A stretch of 64,000 bases of DNA from Lentisphaeria bacterium (GCA_041690595.1 JAWLHB010000002.1:248001-312000), one strand, 5' to 3'; shown: positions 10,243 to 20,888, counted from the first letter of the stretch. Made by a program: numbers and translations. Notes: a model not told the origin generated them from the sequence alone.

Positions 10243-10370
10243 GGAGGAGTGATTGAGGAGTGCGCGGTACGGTGTATGAAGCCGACTAAGATAGGGGCTG
10301 GGCGCCCGATTTCAAGGCCCGACAAGCCGATCACCCGTCCCGCCAGACCGTGCCAGCCATCCCCTCCCCA

Positions 10371-10712
10371 TCAACGGTCTCTCGGCTCGGGCTCCGGCGC
10401 GGGCGCATCGCCTTCAGTGGCTCCATCGCCGGTGCCCGGAACCCGCCTGGCGATGGGCTTGACGTCCGCTCCGTCCGGTATCTCCGGATTCGGTTCATTC
10501 CGCTGGCGCACCGCGGGCGGTGGGACCGGCTCTTCCTCGGACCAACGTTCGAAAGATTGCGAGGAGTAGGAACGCAGGCGGCGGATGTAGTGCTGAAGTT
10601 GGGCGTAGTAACGGCCCACTTTGCGAAAAAAAGCCGGCATCTCCTCCGGCCTTACGAAAACGATGACGGCCAGCAGGATGATGATGAATTCCCAGAAATT
10701 GATACCGAACAT
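10371..10712 (-). CDS. TatA/TatB-like twin-arginine translocase subunit
   Basis: MFGINFWEFIIILLAVIVFVRPEEMP, amphipathic helix, Pro/Glu-rich tail. Confidence 0.65.
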   Translation of the reverse strand: MFGINFWEFIIILLAVIVFVRPEEMPAFFRKVGRYYAQLQHYIRRLRSYSSQSFERWSEEEPVPPPAVRQRNEPNPEIPDGADVKPIARRVPGTGDGATEGDAPAPEPEPRDR

Positions 10713-10754
10713 GCTGGTCCCTGGTTGGATCCTTTCGGGAAAGCGAAAGGCTTG

Positions 10755-11585
10755 CTAGCGCGCGATCAGCACCGGCGACGTCGTCTTGTGCAGCACGTGA
10801 AAGGTAAGCGTTCCGAGGATCAACTCCCGGAATGTTCGTGAATGGCCAAGCGCACCGATGATGCACATCGTCTGTTCGGGTTGCTTCATGCACTCCTCCA
10901 CCAGAATCTTCTCGGCATCGCCATCGACGATCTGGACCGGCTCCCCAGCGACCGTGGCATTCGTGTAGTCCGTTTCGTCCTTTGGCGTGCGGACGTGAAT
11001 GGGCTGGACCCGAACGCCATCCATGATCTCCCGCAGATACTCCGCCCAGGCACAGGCACTCCGCGAGGGGCCGCTGTCATTGACGCCTACCACCAGGCGG
11101 GTAGGCTCGACAAAATGCTCGGGGACTACCAGACAGGAGCACTGAACCTGCCGGATCGCCCGCTCACCCGCGGTTCCCAGGAAATGGCTGCCGGTGGAAA
11201 AGTCATCCCCTCGCCTTCCGAGAATCAGCAGATTGGCATCCTCCGTCTCTTCGCGGATAACATCCATGAAGAGCCCCTTCAGCAGCTTGGTCCGTGCCTC
11301 GACGCCATGCGCATTGGCCGTCTCCTCTGCTCCGGAGAGGATGTTGGCTCCGCGTTCCGACATGGCATTGCCCAGGGATTGCACCAGATTCTCGTAAGGA
11401 GCCGCGCCGAGGGCGCCCGAAATATCGGCGAACCATGGCCCTTCCGTATAGCGGACATCGACGACATGCACAAGCACCAGTTCGCACTCGCCCGCGGCGG
11501 CAAGATGCGCGCCCCAGTGGGCAGCTGTCAGCGAAAAGCTCGAATTGTCCACGGCAACAACGATCTTTCTGATGGTGCCCTTCAT
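10755..11585 (-). CDS. Universal stress protein (tandem Usp domains)
   Basis: IVVAVDNS, LLILGRRG, LGTAGERAIR..CSCLVV, GALGHSRTFRELILGT..PVLIAR. Confidence 0.92.
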   Translation of the reverse strand: MKGTIRKIVVAVDNSSFSLTAAHWGAHLAAAGECELVLVHVVDVRYTEGPWFADISGALGAAPYENLVQSLGNAMSERGANILSGAEETANAHGVEARTKLLKGLFMDVIREETEDANLLILGRRGDDFSTGSHFLGTAGERAIRQVQCSCLVVPEHFVEPTRLVVGVNDSGPSRSACAWAEYLREIMDGVRVQPIHVRTPKDETDYTNATVAGEPVQIVDGDAEKILVEECMKQPEQTMCIIGALGHSRTFRELILGTLTFHVLHKTTSPVLIAR

Positions 11586-11669
11586 GCGGCGTCTCCTCAT
11601 GCGGTTCTGGTTGGCCGGTTCTGTATCGCAGTTAACCTACACGCTCAAACGCCCGGGCACAAGCAGAAA

Positions 11670-12869
11670 TCAGACGGGCACTGACGCTCGAAAGGCGACG
11701 CCATTTCCCCATGCTCTGTACTCCCCCGCCGCGGCAGGAGCGACAAGTGATTCTCCCTTGCTCACCGCAAGCTGTCGCCCATCGTTGTCGAAGACGAGCT
11801 CTCCGGTCCGGCAGAAGAGCACTTCCACCCCCGAGCGGGGCCCACTATGAAAGACCTGGCCATCTTCTACCCTGATGGTCGACAAGGCAAACTCGCGCGA
11901 GGGTGTGCGATAGATCGCCTCGCCCTCCCGATGATGCTCGGGTGTAAGAATCTGCACTGGCCGCGCCTCGAAGCCAAGCGTCTTTAGCAGCTCGTCGACG
12001 TCCACATGCTTGGGAGTCAATCCGCCGCGAAGCACGTTGTCGGAGTTGGCCATCAACTCCATGCCGACGCCGCTGAGGTAGGCATGCAGTTCGCCTGCCG
12101 GCAGATACATGGCCTGACCGGGCTCCAGCTTCACCAGGTTGAGCAGCGCCGCGCCAACCACGCCGATGTCACCGGGATACTCCTGGTTGAGACGCAGCAG
12201 CCACGACGCCTCATCACTCGCGTGCGCCTGTGTCTCGGCATACATCAGGACATCATGAACAAGCTGTTGTTGCTGTTCCTTCGGCAGATTCATGATCGCA
12301 CCGAACAACTGGCGTAAGCTCTCCTTGCCTGGGCTCTCACGGAGGCAGCTGACTGGTTCCGCGATCACCGGGGAATCGACCTTTTCCAGAAAAGTCTCAA
12401 TCTGCTCCAGCGGGCGAAATCCGCGCAAAGCCCAGAAAGGCGTCAACGCGCAGATAATTTCCGGCTTGTGATTGTCATCCCGGTAGTTGCGATTGCCTGC
12501 ATCAACCGGAATCGACTTTGCATTTTCTCGCGCGAAACCAGCCTCGGCCTGCGCCTTGTCTGGATGCGCCTGGAGGGAGAGCGGCTGCCCCGCCGCCAGC
12601 AACTTGAAGAGGAAGGGCAGGCGCGGCCCGAAGCTCCGGACTACCGCCTCGCCCAAAACGCCCTGGGGGTCTTCAGCAATCAGCGCGTCCAATGGCTTGC
12701 TGATACCCCCGTCGAGCTGCACGTGCGAGGGCGCCGAACGGTGCGCCCCCATCCAGAGTTCGGCCTCGGGCTCGCCGCTTGGGGCCTTGTTCAGGAAATG
12801 GCTCAGTTCCTCTTTCGAACCCCACGCATAGTGGCGAATGGTGTTCCGCAGTTTTGCCAGATGCTTCAT
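11670..12869 (-). CDS. manA: Mannose-6-phosphate isomerase class I
   Basis: YAWGS, AELWMGAH, LSLQAHP, DDNHKPE, HAYLSG, MANSDNVLRGGLTPKH; AGGAG RBS. Confidence 0.96.
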   Translation of the reverse strand: MKHLAKLRNTIRHYAWGSKEELSHFLNKAPSGEPEAELWMGAHRSAPSHVQLDGGISKPLDALIAEDPQGVLGEAVVRSFGPRLPFLFKLLAAGQPLSLQAHPDKAQAEAGFARENAKSIPVDAGNRNYRDDNHKPEIICALTPFWALRGFRPLEQIETFLEKVDSPVIAEPVSCLRESPGKESLRQLFGAIMNLPKEQQQQLVHDVLMYAETQAHASDEASWLLRLNQEYPGDIGVVGAALLNLVKLEPGQAMYLPAGELHAYLSGVGMELMANSDNVLRGGLTPKHVDVDELLKTLGFEARPVQILTPEHHREGEAIYRTPSREFALSTIRVEDGQVFHSGPRSGVEVLFCRTGELVFDNDGRQLAVSKGESLVAPAAAGEYRAWGNGVAFRASVPV

Positions 12870-12870
12870 C

Positions 12871-15800
12871 TCAGGCTCCTTCTTTGGCCAGCGATTGCTC
12901 GACGCGGCTGTACAGATCGTTGTAGCTGTACGGATTGCCCGGCAATTGCTCATACCAGTCGTCGCCGCCGTCGCGGTCGAGCGATGTGAGCATCGTCAGT
13001 CGTTCATCGGCCAGCGGTACGTCCACGCGAACCGCCCCCTTTTTCAGCTTAACCGTCCCATCATCGAGAATCCAGTAAAAGAGAGCGTCTTCGCCGTGGA
13101 TGTCAGGCGCCTGCACCTGAATCAGCAGGCAATCCTGCACCTCCACATGCTCGGCCTGTACATTCACCAGAATGCTGTTGCGAACATACCCGCTCCCCAC
13201 GCTGCATCCAAGCACGCACGACGCATCGTCCACCTGCAGTTCATCGCCAAGCACACTGTCGCGTCGGCGTGTCTCTGCCTTGAAGAAGCGGCGTACGGCT
13301 TCCCCCTCCGGCGTCTCCTGGGTCATCAGGCGCAGATTGTTCATGTAGAGGCGCAGCTGCCCATAGTCCCACCAGTAGCTGTCGGAACCCATGTCGACCA
13401 CCCCAAAAAGCTGCAGATCCGGATCCGCTTCGCAAAGCCGCTGTGCAAGGCGCGCCATCCGGGCATGATGGGCCTCGACGTTCAAGGTATCGCGATCCGT
13501 TTCACCGCGCATGTCACGGTAGGTCTGCAGATCGAGAGTCATCGGCATCCAGAAGTGAGGATCGGTATCCAGTTTTACCGTCCGCGCCTCCAGCTCCGGC
13601 GAGAATTCGTCAAGCAGCGCCAAGGTGCATGAAGTGGACAAGCTGAACGAGCCCAGACTGACGCCGATTCCGCCTTCCACACTCAGCGCGCCCTTCTCCA
13701 CCAAGCGGACAGCTTCGGCATGACTCACCTTTTCCACCTGCGCGGCATTTCCCTGCGCGTCCACCGCCAGCAATCCGTATCGTTGCAGCCCCCGAGCCTC
13801 CCACTCTTCCGCATCCGGCATCGGCCCCAGCTGTCCAATGATGTCGATGTGGTGACGCGGCTTGTAGTCGCACGACGTCGAGGGGATGAAGATCTGATCC
13901 CCCCACACCACGGAGAGCCGGCCCTTGCGGCTGCGAGCGTAGATGCCGGTCTGCTTGATCACGCTTTCCAGCACCGTAACCGGCGCCAGGTCATGGCCGA
14001 TGCGGACCAGGCTGGGCAACTTGATGGCCGGCTTGTTGTTGGCCTCCACCGCCGGCAGCGGCGCCATCCGCGTGCCCTTGCCGGCGGTATGGTAGATGGC
14101 AACCGCGGCACCGCCACGCAAGGCCTCGATCAGGTCGACGTCGTGCAGTGTCCGGGCCTTCTGCCGAGCCAGGCGCAAGGCGTACAAGGTCCCCAGCCCG
14201 TTGCCGGCGCCTCCAGGCCAATCTTCATGCACCGCAATCACCAGGGCATCGCGATTGACGATCTGCCCACGCGTCGCCTCCAGGCGCGCCTGCCAGAAGC
14301 GCTCATCCGCCGCACTCGCCGTCGAGACGATCACGATGTCCATTCCCTCGTTCCTGTCGGGACAGAGATTCATGCGATCGATGGTGGCCAGACGTTCTTC
14401 ATGGTGACTCAGAAAGTAGCCGCCGAGGCGGCCATCCTCCTCTTCCGCACGATCGATAAGATCCCGGACGATTTCAGCCGCCGCATCATTGAGCGTCTGC
14501 GCCTCGTCTTCGCTGTTCGCCTCTGTATAGATGCGAAACTCTGGCGCATTGCCGCTTGGCCGCAGGTGAAGAACGCGGTCATCGTGCAGCGTCATCCGCG
14601 CCCCATCGGTGAAGTCCCACTTGCGGACTTTACCGAGCTTCGGCTCCAGCAGTTGCGCGGCCAACACCGGTCCATTGCGTTCCAGCTCCTTGACCAGGCG
14701 ATTGCCGGTCGCGCTCGGCACCTTGCGAAGCAGACCACTCACCGTGAAGCGTGACGGCAGCCCCGCCACCAGCGCCGAGAGCGGCTGGCTGATCTCGCGC
14801 GCCATTACCAGCATCGCGAGAATCGGCAGGACCGCATCACGGGTCGGCAATGGAAGCAATGTCTCGCCGCTGTGAAGCCCGGAAATCGCGGTCGCCAGCA
14901 GGAATCCACCATTGGCTTCATAGCCAACGACCGGCGCAAATCCTTCGCCAAGCGCCTCCTGCATGCCTTCGATCACGTACGGACTGCCGATACGCGTGCG
15001 CCAACACTTCTTGAAGCGCCCGCTCCGCTCCAGTGCGGTATTGCAGCTCACCGGCACCACCACCGCTTCGGCACCGATGGCGGCGGCCACCAGTATGCCC
15101 AGAACATCGCCGCGAATCACCGCGCCTTGCTCATCGACAACCAGCGGCCGGTCGGCATCGCCGTCCATGCTGATCAAGGCATCAGCGCCATGTTCCTTTA
15201 CCCACGCTGCCAACCGTTCAGGTTGATCGATCGCCTCGGTATCCACCGGCACAAAATGATCCGTGCGCCCTACTCGCACCACCTGCGCCCCGAGTCGCTC
15301 TACCAACTCACCCAGCAGCTCCCGCCCAACCGTCGAGTGCTCATAGACCACGATCTTCTGCCCCAGCAGCGCCTGGTCCGGAAACCACGAAAGGTAGCGC
15401 TGGACATATTCCCGCACGATCGTCTCGTTGGCTTCCCCAAGCCGTGGGCGATGGGAGGTACGCAACATGCCCGTATCGTCAAATGCCGGATCGTCGGCGA
15501 CGGCCATTTCCTTCAACTCGCGATAGCGCCCCGAAATGTGCGGCTCATCGCTCTTCAGCACCTCTCCCCAGGGCAGGTTGAACTTGATCCCGTTGCGATC
15601 GTCCGGAATATGGCTCCCAGTCACCATGATGCTGGCGCAGTCATGCATCATGGCATAGTACATCAGCGCGGGAGTCGGCACAAATCCGCCGTATATCACC
15701 TCCAGATCAGCCTCCTGGATGGCGTAAGCCACAGCAGCCAGAATTCGTGGCGTGCTGCTGCGAAAGTCACCGCCAAGTACGATGCGACCTACCTGCGAAT

Positions 15801-15906
15801 GCCGCTTCAGATAGTCCACAAAAGCTGCCGTGAAAAGCGCGCACTCCCGGTCCGTCAACTCCTCCACCGGCCCGCGCACGCCGCTCGTTCCAAACTTCAG
15901 CGCCAT
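12871..15906 (-). CDS. Phosphomannomutase fused to nucleotidyltransferase-like domain
   Basis: N-half: FGTSGVRG, TGSHIPDDRNGIKF, DGDADR, GYEANGG, RPSGNAPEFRIY; C-half: GAGNGLGTLYAL, HTAGKGTRMAPL, WGDQIF. Confidence 0.9.
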   Translation of the reverse strand: MALKFGTSGVRGPVEELTDRECALFTAAFVDYLKRHSQVGRIVLGGDFRSSTPRILAAVAYAIQEADLEVIYGGFVPTPALMYYAMMHDCASIMVTGSHIPDDRNGIKFNLPWGEVLKSDEPHISGRYRELKEMAVADDPAFDDTGMLRTSHRPRLGEANETIVREYVQRYLSWFPDQALLGQKIVVYEHSTVGRELLGELVERLGAQVVRVGRTDHFVPVDTEAIDQPERLAAWVKEHGADALISMDGDADRPLVVDEQGAVIRGDVLGILVAAAIGAEAVVVPVSCNTALERSGRFKKCWRTRIGSPYVIEGMQEALGEGFAPVVGYEANGGFLLATAISGLHSGETLLPLPTRDAVLPILAMLVMAREISQPLSALVAGLPSRFTVSGLLRKVPSATGNRLVKELERNGPVLAAQLLEPKLGKVRKWDFTDGARMTLHDDRVLHLRPSGNAPEFRIYTEANSEDEAQTLNDAAAEIVRDLIDRAEEEDGRLGGYFLSHHEERLATIDRMNLCPDRNEGMDIVIVSTASAADERFWQARLEATRGQIVNRDALVIAVHEDWPGGAGNGLGTLYALRLARQKARTLHDVDLIEALRGGAAVAIYHTAGKGTRMAPLPAVEANNKPAIKLPSLVRIGHDLAPVTVLESVIKQTGIYARSRKGRLSVVWGDQIFIPSTSCDYKPRHHIDIIGQLGPMPDAEEWEARGLQRYGLLAVDAQGNAAQVEKVSHAEAVRLVEKGALSVEGGIGVSLGSFSLSTSCTLALLDEFSPELEARTVKLDTDPHFWMPMTLDLQTYRDMRGETDRDTLNVEAHHARMARLAQRLCEADPDLQLFGVVDMGSDSYWWDYGQLRLYMNNLRLMTQETPEGEAVRRFFKAETRRRDSVLGDELQVDDASCVLGCSVGSGYVRNSILVNVQAEHVEVQDCLLIQVQAPDIHGEDALFYWILDDGTVKLKKGAVRVDVPLADERLTMLTSLDRDGGDDWYEQLPGNPYSYNDLYSRVEQSLAKEGA

Positions 15907-15984
15907 TTGACTCTTCCTTCTTGTTTGCCAATGTACCCACTACTGCTCTCGCTACATACAACTATAGCCCACGGACAGCCTTCA

Positions 15985-16791
15985 ATGAAAATTCTTCGCG
16001 CACATACTTCCGACGCCCAGACCATTTATGGTGCTCTCCAGCCCGATGCCACCACCCTTCGTATCGAAGGTGACATCTTCGGCACCTTCACCGTCACCAG
16101 CGAAATCGTCTCGCTGGACAAACTGCTTGCCCCCGTGCCCCCTGCCGTTGTCTTCGGCATCGGCCTCAACTACCGGCAGCATGCGGCCGAATGTGGTCGT
16201 GAAGCGCCCGCTCATCCCGTCCTCTTCATGAAAGCGCCCAACGCCATCCAGAATCCTGGCGATCCCATCCTCCTGCCACGGCATCTGCGCAGCGACAAAG
16301 TTGACTATGAATGTGAACTCGCCGTCGTCATCGGAAAGAGGTGCCGAAATGTTTCGCCAAAAGATGCTCTGGACCATGTCCTTGGCTATACCTGCTTGAA
16401 TGACATCAGCGCCCGTGATTGGCAGATGGAGTGGGGAGGCGGTCAGTGGTGCCGCGCCAAGACGTTCGACACCTTCGCGCCCCTCGGACCATGGCTGGTC
16501 ACACCGGATGAGCTTCCCGATCCCAACGATCTCACCATTCGCACCATCCTCAACGGTGACATTGTTCAGGAATCCTCCACCCGCGACATGATCTTCGATG
16601 TCCGCTCCCTTATCAGCTTCCTCAGCGGCAGCACCACGCTTCTGCCCGGAACCATCATTGCCACCGGTACGCCCCAAGGGGTCGGCATGGCCCGCAAACC
16701 GCCCCTGTGGCTGCGCGACGGCGACCAGATCACCGTTCAGATCCAGGGTATCGGCGACCTCACCAATCCAGTGGAAGACGAACCCCTCTGA
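15985..16791 (+). CDS. Fumarylacetoacetate hydrolase family protein
   Basis: GLNYRQHA, DYECELAVVIGK, NDISARDWQ, KTFDTFAPLGP, TGTPQGVG. Confidence 0.93.
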   Translation: MKILRAHTSDAQTIYGALQPDATTLRIEGDIFGTFTVTSEIVSLDKLLAPVPPAVVFGIGLNYRQHAAECGREAPAHPVLFMKAPNAIQNPGDPILLPRHLRSDKVDYECELAVVIGKRCRNVSPKDALDHVLGYTCLNDISARDWQMEWGGGQWCRAKTFDTFAPLGPWLVTPDELPDPNDLTIRTILNGDIVQESSTRDMIFDVRSLISFLSGSTTLLPGTIIATGTPQGVGMARKPPLWLRDGDQITVQIQGIGDLTNPVEDEPL

Positions 16792-16826
16792 ACCGGCGAC
16801 AGTCCGGCCGCGGCGGCGCCATTCCA

Positions 16827-18890
16827 TCACCTGCCTTCCTCCCGCCCCCTCACCAGGGCCTGCCACTTCGGGTCGCCAAGCAGCTCCTTCCTGATGATCA
16901 CGTAGACGTGTGAATAACGCGCCAGCGTCACATAGTCCGGGTGCGTAGCGTACATCTCGACCGTCTGCTGATTTCTCTCCGAATCGCCCCAGTCGTAGCG
17001 CGTATCGATCACCAGAAGGTCGGGCGGCGGCACGACTGCGGGGAGGTCGGCGCCAACAATGTAGAGCCGCGGATGTTCCGCCAGGAAGGAGCCCATTCGC
17101 TGGCTCGCGTAGACTACCGCATCCGTCGGGGTGGTGCCTGCCAGGTAGCGTGCATCCATAGCCTTGCCATTTCGCCAATCGAACAGCTCAGGACGATAAC
17201 CACGCGTCAATGGACCAGCACCAAAGAGCCAGGCACTGGCAAATGCGATCACCAGTATGCCGCACATCCATCCCTGGCGCGCCATTGTCAGATCCGTCTG
17301 GAATCGTCTGGCCAGCCATGCCTCCACGGTAGGATATCCAGCTACGCTCGCCAATATGACGATCGGTAGAATCGTGCACTTGTAGTGCTGGTTGTAGCTG
17401 AGAAAATGCAGACTGTCGGCTATGAGCAGGAAGAAGAAGGTGGCCGAGCCAATGGCAAGGAGGTCAAGCCTGGCCAGGGCGCTCCCCCCCAGCGGGAGGA
17501 TCATGATCACCAAGAAGAAAAGCGCCTGTGGATGCGCCAGCCTCTGGAGCAGAATCCATGGATGGGTGGCGACATTCACCAGTACATCCCCCAAGCTCTC
17601 CCCCAGCTTGCTGTAGTAATAGCCGATCAGATAGTACTCCCCGCCTCGCAGCCACGGCACCACCACATTCGGAATCGCCCAGCCCCAGAGCAACGCCGTG
17701 ATGATCAGCGGCAGCGAGTACCGCCAACTGCGGGTCCGCCACAACACGTACATGCCGCACAGCAGCACCGGCAAGGCAACCGTTTCCCGCGACAGCAGCG
17801 CCACAAACAGCAGCCCCGCCAGCTTTGTCCAGTCGGTCCACGAATACTCACGGTTCATCGGCAGATAATAGAGTGCCGCCAGCAGGATGGGAACACTCAG
17901 GTGCTCCGTTTGAAAGCCATAGGTGAAGGAGCTGTTCTCCGTCGTCAGCGGCGGATACAGAAAGACTGCCAGTGAGAACACTGCCGCGGTCAGCGGTGAC
18001 CCCGTGTACTTCATCGCCAGGCGCCAGGTCAGCGGTATCGCCAGCCCCAGGCTGATGGCACTCACCACGCAAAGCATGGGGAAGATGGGCAATATGGCAG
18101 CCAGAGGAACCAGCACCAACACCAGTGGCGCGAAATGATCGGCTATCAAGGGCGAAGCCTTGAAGCTGTTCGAGTGCAGGAACTTCCCGTGCAGCGTGTG
18201 GTGCAGCCCCTCCGCGGCAAAACCGCCATCATGAAACCCCATGTGGCCGGCAAGCAACTGCATGACATTGAGCGAGCCGAAGACGAACACGAAAACCGCG
18301 AACAGCACCCACGGCCACCATGTCCACCAGCGGGACTCGCTGTCAAGATGCAGAGTCAGCCGTGTTGGCGCCTGCGCCGCAAACCCGATGACCACCAGGA
18401 AACTGGCGACAAGCCACAGCAGGAGGTGCCATTCATTGGGGGGATAGGAGCTGAGCAGCACCTGCCGTAGCCCCGCGGGTGGCAGCCACCCCCACAGCGC
18501 CTGGACTGCCAGCAGCAGCAGAACGCCAAGCCACGGCAGCACCAGCGGCAGCACCAGGCCCGACGCGATCACCGGCAACAGCCGAAACAAACGGCTACCC
18601 TTTGCCGGCTGCCGGCTCTCCAGCCAGACGTGAAGCAGCATGAACAGGATTGCACCACCAAGGATACTGGCCAGAGCCATCGAGAGGGTCACATGATGGC
18701 GGCTGCCCAGGCTGCGAAACTCCACAGCCATGTTCCCGGGCAACCGCAACTCGATCAGGAGTCGCAGACCGGCACCCCATATGGCGCCCGAAAGGCCAAA
18801 GGCTCCCAACCGCGGAAACCATCGCTTCCACGATTCCCCTCTACACAATCCTCTTCGCATGTGAGCAATAAAAGGACACATGAACCCCAT
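16827..18890 (-). CDS. DUF2079-like polytopic membrane protein (GT-C-like)
   Basis: Many TM segments; DGGFAAEG, DHFAPLVLVLVPL, YGFQTE, RE, QHY motifs resemble DUF2079. Confidence 0.7.
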   Translation of the reverse strand: MGFMCPFIAHMRRGLCRGESWKRWFPRLGAFGLSGAIWGAGLRLLIELRLPGNMAVEFRSLGSRHHVTLSMALASILGGAILFMLLHVWLESRQPAKGSRLFRLLPVIASGLVLPLVLPWLGVLLLLAVQALWGWLPPAGLRQVLLSSYPPNEWHLLLWLVASFLVVIGFAAQAPTRLTLHLDSESRWWTWWPWVLFAVFVFVFGSLNVMQLLAGHMGFHDGGFAAEGLHHTLHGKFLHSNSFKASPLIADHFAPLVLVLVPLAAILPIFPMLCVVSAISLGLAIPLTWRLAMKYTGSPLTAAVFSLAVFLYPPLTTENSSFTYGFQTEHLSVPILLAALYYLPMNREYSWTDWTKLAGLLFVALLSRETVALPVLLCGMYVLWRTRSWRYSLPLIITALLWGWAIPNVVVPWLRGGEYYLIGYYYSKLGESLGDVLVNVATHPWILLQRLAHPQALFFLVIMILPLGGSALARLDLLAIGSATFFFLLIADSLHFLSYNQHYKCTILPIVILASVAGYPTVEAWLARRFQTDLTMARQGWMCGILVIAFASAWLFGAGPLTRGYRPELFDWRNGKAMDARYLAGTTPTDAVVYASQRMGSFLAEHPRLYIVGADLPAVVPPPDLLVIDTRYDWGDSERNQQTVEMYATHPDYVTLARYSHVYVIIRKELLGDPKWQALVRGREEGR

Positions 18891-18954
18891 CCACTCGTGG
18901 CGTAGCTCTACCGCAACTGGCTGAACAGCAGCCCGACAACTTCAGCCCCTTCCA

Positions 18955-19569
18955 TCAGAGGCGCACACCATCACCGGGACGGTTGGACTGGCCCGGCGGC
19001 CGCTCCAGGCGAATGATGCCGTCGATCATCCAGCAGCCGTCAAAGGGTGCCTCCTGCTGCAGCGCCAGAAAGACGCGATACAGCACCGGCTCATCACCCT
19101 GGCTTTCCAGGCGCAGATCCTGAGCTGCTCGTTCCCCCTCATAAAGACCCACCGGCCCAAAATGCAGCTCCTCCGCGTGCAGCAGTGCAGCAAAAGTCGG
19201 CGTGCCCAGAACCTCGACAAACGACTCCAGCCCCCCAACCTGCTCGCGATTCGCCGGCGACGTGAACCGGAAGGCGACACGCCACCCATTCGCCTGCTCT
19301 ACCCCAAGGCGCAATGCCTGCACATGATGCCGCACCACCATCGCCGGCGAAAAGGCCGGATCCGGCTGCAGCTCATGCAAAGGCGTCGGTCTCCCCGGCT
19401 CGGCGGGAAGAGATTCCGCGCTTGCCATCTCGATTGCCGCTTCCTGGCGGGAGAGATTGGCCCGAATCAGCATGGCCGCGGTGGTCGCCGAGCCGATTGC
19501 CATTACCGCCACAAATACCTGTAGTCTCGTGCGCACGTCTTTTCCTCTGTTTTTGCCAGCTTTGGCCAA
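18955..19569 (-). CDS. DUF4864-like membrane-anchored protein
   Basis: N-terminal TM; SP..VV....QAL, AFRFTSPANR, GCWMIDG. Confidence 0.65.
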   Translation of the reverse strand: MAKAGKNRGKDVRTRLQVFVAVMAIGSATTAAMLIRANLSRQEAAIEMASAESLPAEPGRPTPLHELQPDPAFSPAMVVRHHVQALRLGVEQANGWRVAFRFTSPANREQVGGLESFVEVLGTPTFAALLHAEELHFGPVGLYEGERAAQDLRLESQGDEPVLYRVFLALQQEAPFDGCWMIDGIIRLERPPGQSNRPGDGVRL

Positions 19570-19604
19570 ACAATACTATAGCAGACACTCCCCTGAAACC
19601 AACC

Positions 19605-20888
19605 TCAATCTGCCAATGCCTGCACGTCGACGCTCTCGCCGCCGCGCTTCATGCTGGCGTTTGCCGCCAACCCCACCAGCACCGCCTGGATCCCCTCTTC
19701 CAGGGGAGCTTTCCGCCCCAGAGGGTCCGGAAGGCTCTCACCGCTGAAGAGATGGTAGCGCAGCAACGGGTCGGAGCCGCCATGGCCGCCCTCGCGCTCC
19801 GGCGCCGTCAAGACCCGATAGCTCTGCCGATAAGGATCATGCAGATGCAATTCGCGCACATCGCCGCCGTCCCTGCCGTCATTGGCCAGCGTATCGCTCT
19901 TCGTCGCATCTTCCTTCCGGCCGATCGCCCAGGTAGTCCCATAGCGATAGTACAGCTCCAGGCGCCCACGTGTCCCCTCGATGCCAATACGCATGCTCTC
20001 ATACGATGCGTAAGCGATCAGACTGTAAGCCGCGATAATGCCGTTCTCGTAGCTGATGCTGGCGCTGACCGTGTCCGGAATATCGATGCGGGTGTCATAG
20101 ACGCACCCGTCGCGGTGGTAGCCATCCTCCCCTTCCGCGTCACGATACAAGGTTGCCATCCGTTCATCGCTGAAGATATCGGCGTGAAAATCGCACCTCG
20201 AGGCATGCTCGCAGCCGCTGCATCGCTCACCGCGGAAGGGGCCGTTGACGCCATAGAAGGCGAGCTTGCCGTGCGCTGATACCCGTGCCGGCCGGCTGGC
20301 CGCCAGCCAGTTGATGAGGTCGAAGTGATGCGAGGACTTGTGGGCCATCAAGCCGGCACTGTTCTTCATGAACCGGTGCCATCGGCGGAAGTAGTCGGCG
20401 CCATGATAGCGATCCAGAGTCTCGGTAAATTGAATGTGCAGCACGTCCCCGATGACGCCATCCACGATCTGCTGCTTCAGCACCTCCATATCCGGCAGAA
20501 AACGCATGTTGTGCGTCACGTAGCCGGTCCCCTTGCTGGCAGCGGCTGCCCGCCGTATCGCGCTGATCTGCCCCGCCGTCGTGCACAGCGGCTTCTCCGA
20601 AAAGCAGTCCAGACCACGCTCCAGGCTCTTCACCACGTACTCGGCATGGGTCGCGTCCACCGTTGTTACAATCACCCCGTCCGGCTGCGTTTCATCCAGC
20701 ATGCGATCAAAATCCGTGAACCTGACAAGCGGCTGGCCCGACAGCTTCACGGCACTGGCCATGCGCTCCGCATTGTGATCGTATACCCCCACCACCTCCG
20801 CCTTGCCCGACAATTCATCCCGGATCGGGCCGATGAAACTGTAAACGCCACGTGATCCGGTTCCCACAACAACTAATCGCTTCATCAT
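19605..20888 (-). CDS. Gfo/Idh/MocA oxidoreductase (YteT-like)
   Basis: VGTGSRG, EKPLCT, HGADYFRRWHR, HKSSHHFD, CxxC..C insert, GGHGGSD. Confidence 0.93.
   Translation of the reverse strand: MMKRLVVVGTGSRGVYSFIGPIRDELSGKAEVVGVYDHNAERMASAVKLSGQPLVRFTDFDRMLDETQPDGVIVTTVDATHAEYVVKSLERGLDCFSEKPLCTTAGQISAIRRAAAASKGTGYVTHNMRFLPDMEVLKQQIVDGVIGDVLHIQFTETLDRYHGADYFRRWHRFMKNSAGLMAHKSSHHFDLINWLAASRPARVSAHGKLAFYGVNGPFRGERCSGCEHASRCDFHADIFSDERMATLYRDAEGEDGYHRDGCVYDTRIDIPDTVSASISYENGIIAAYSLIAYASYESMRIGIEGTRGRLELYYRYGTTWAIGRKEDATKSDTLANDGRDGGDVRELHLHDPYRQSYRVLTAPEREGGHGGSDPLLRYHLFSGESLPDPLGRKAPLEEGIQAVLVGLAANASMKRGGESVDVQALAD

Noticed and set aside
14872..15984. N-terminal extension of the FAH ORF (639 aa)
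   Set aside because: Antisense shadow of the PMM gene; FAH homology starts at ATG 15985.
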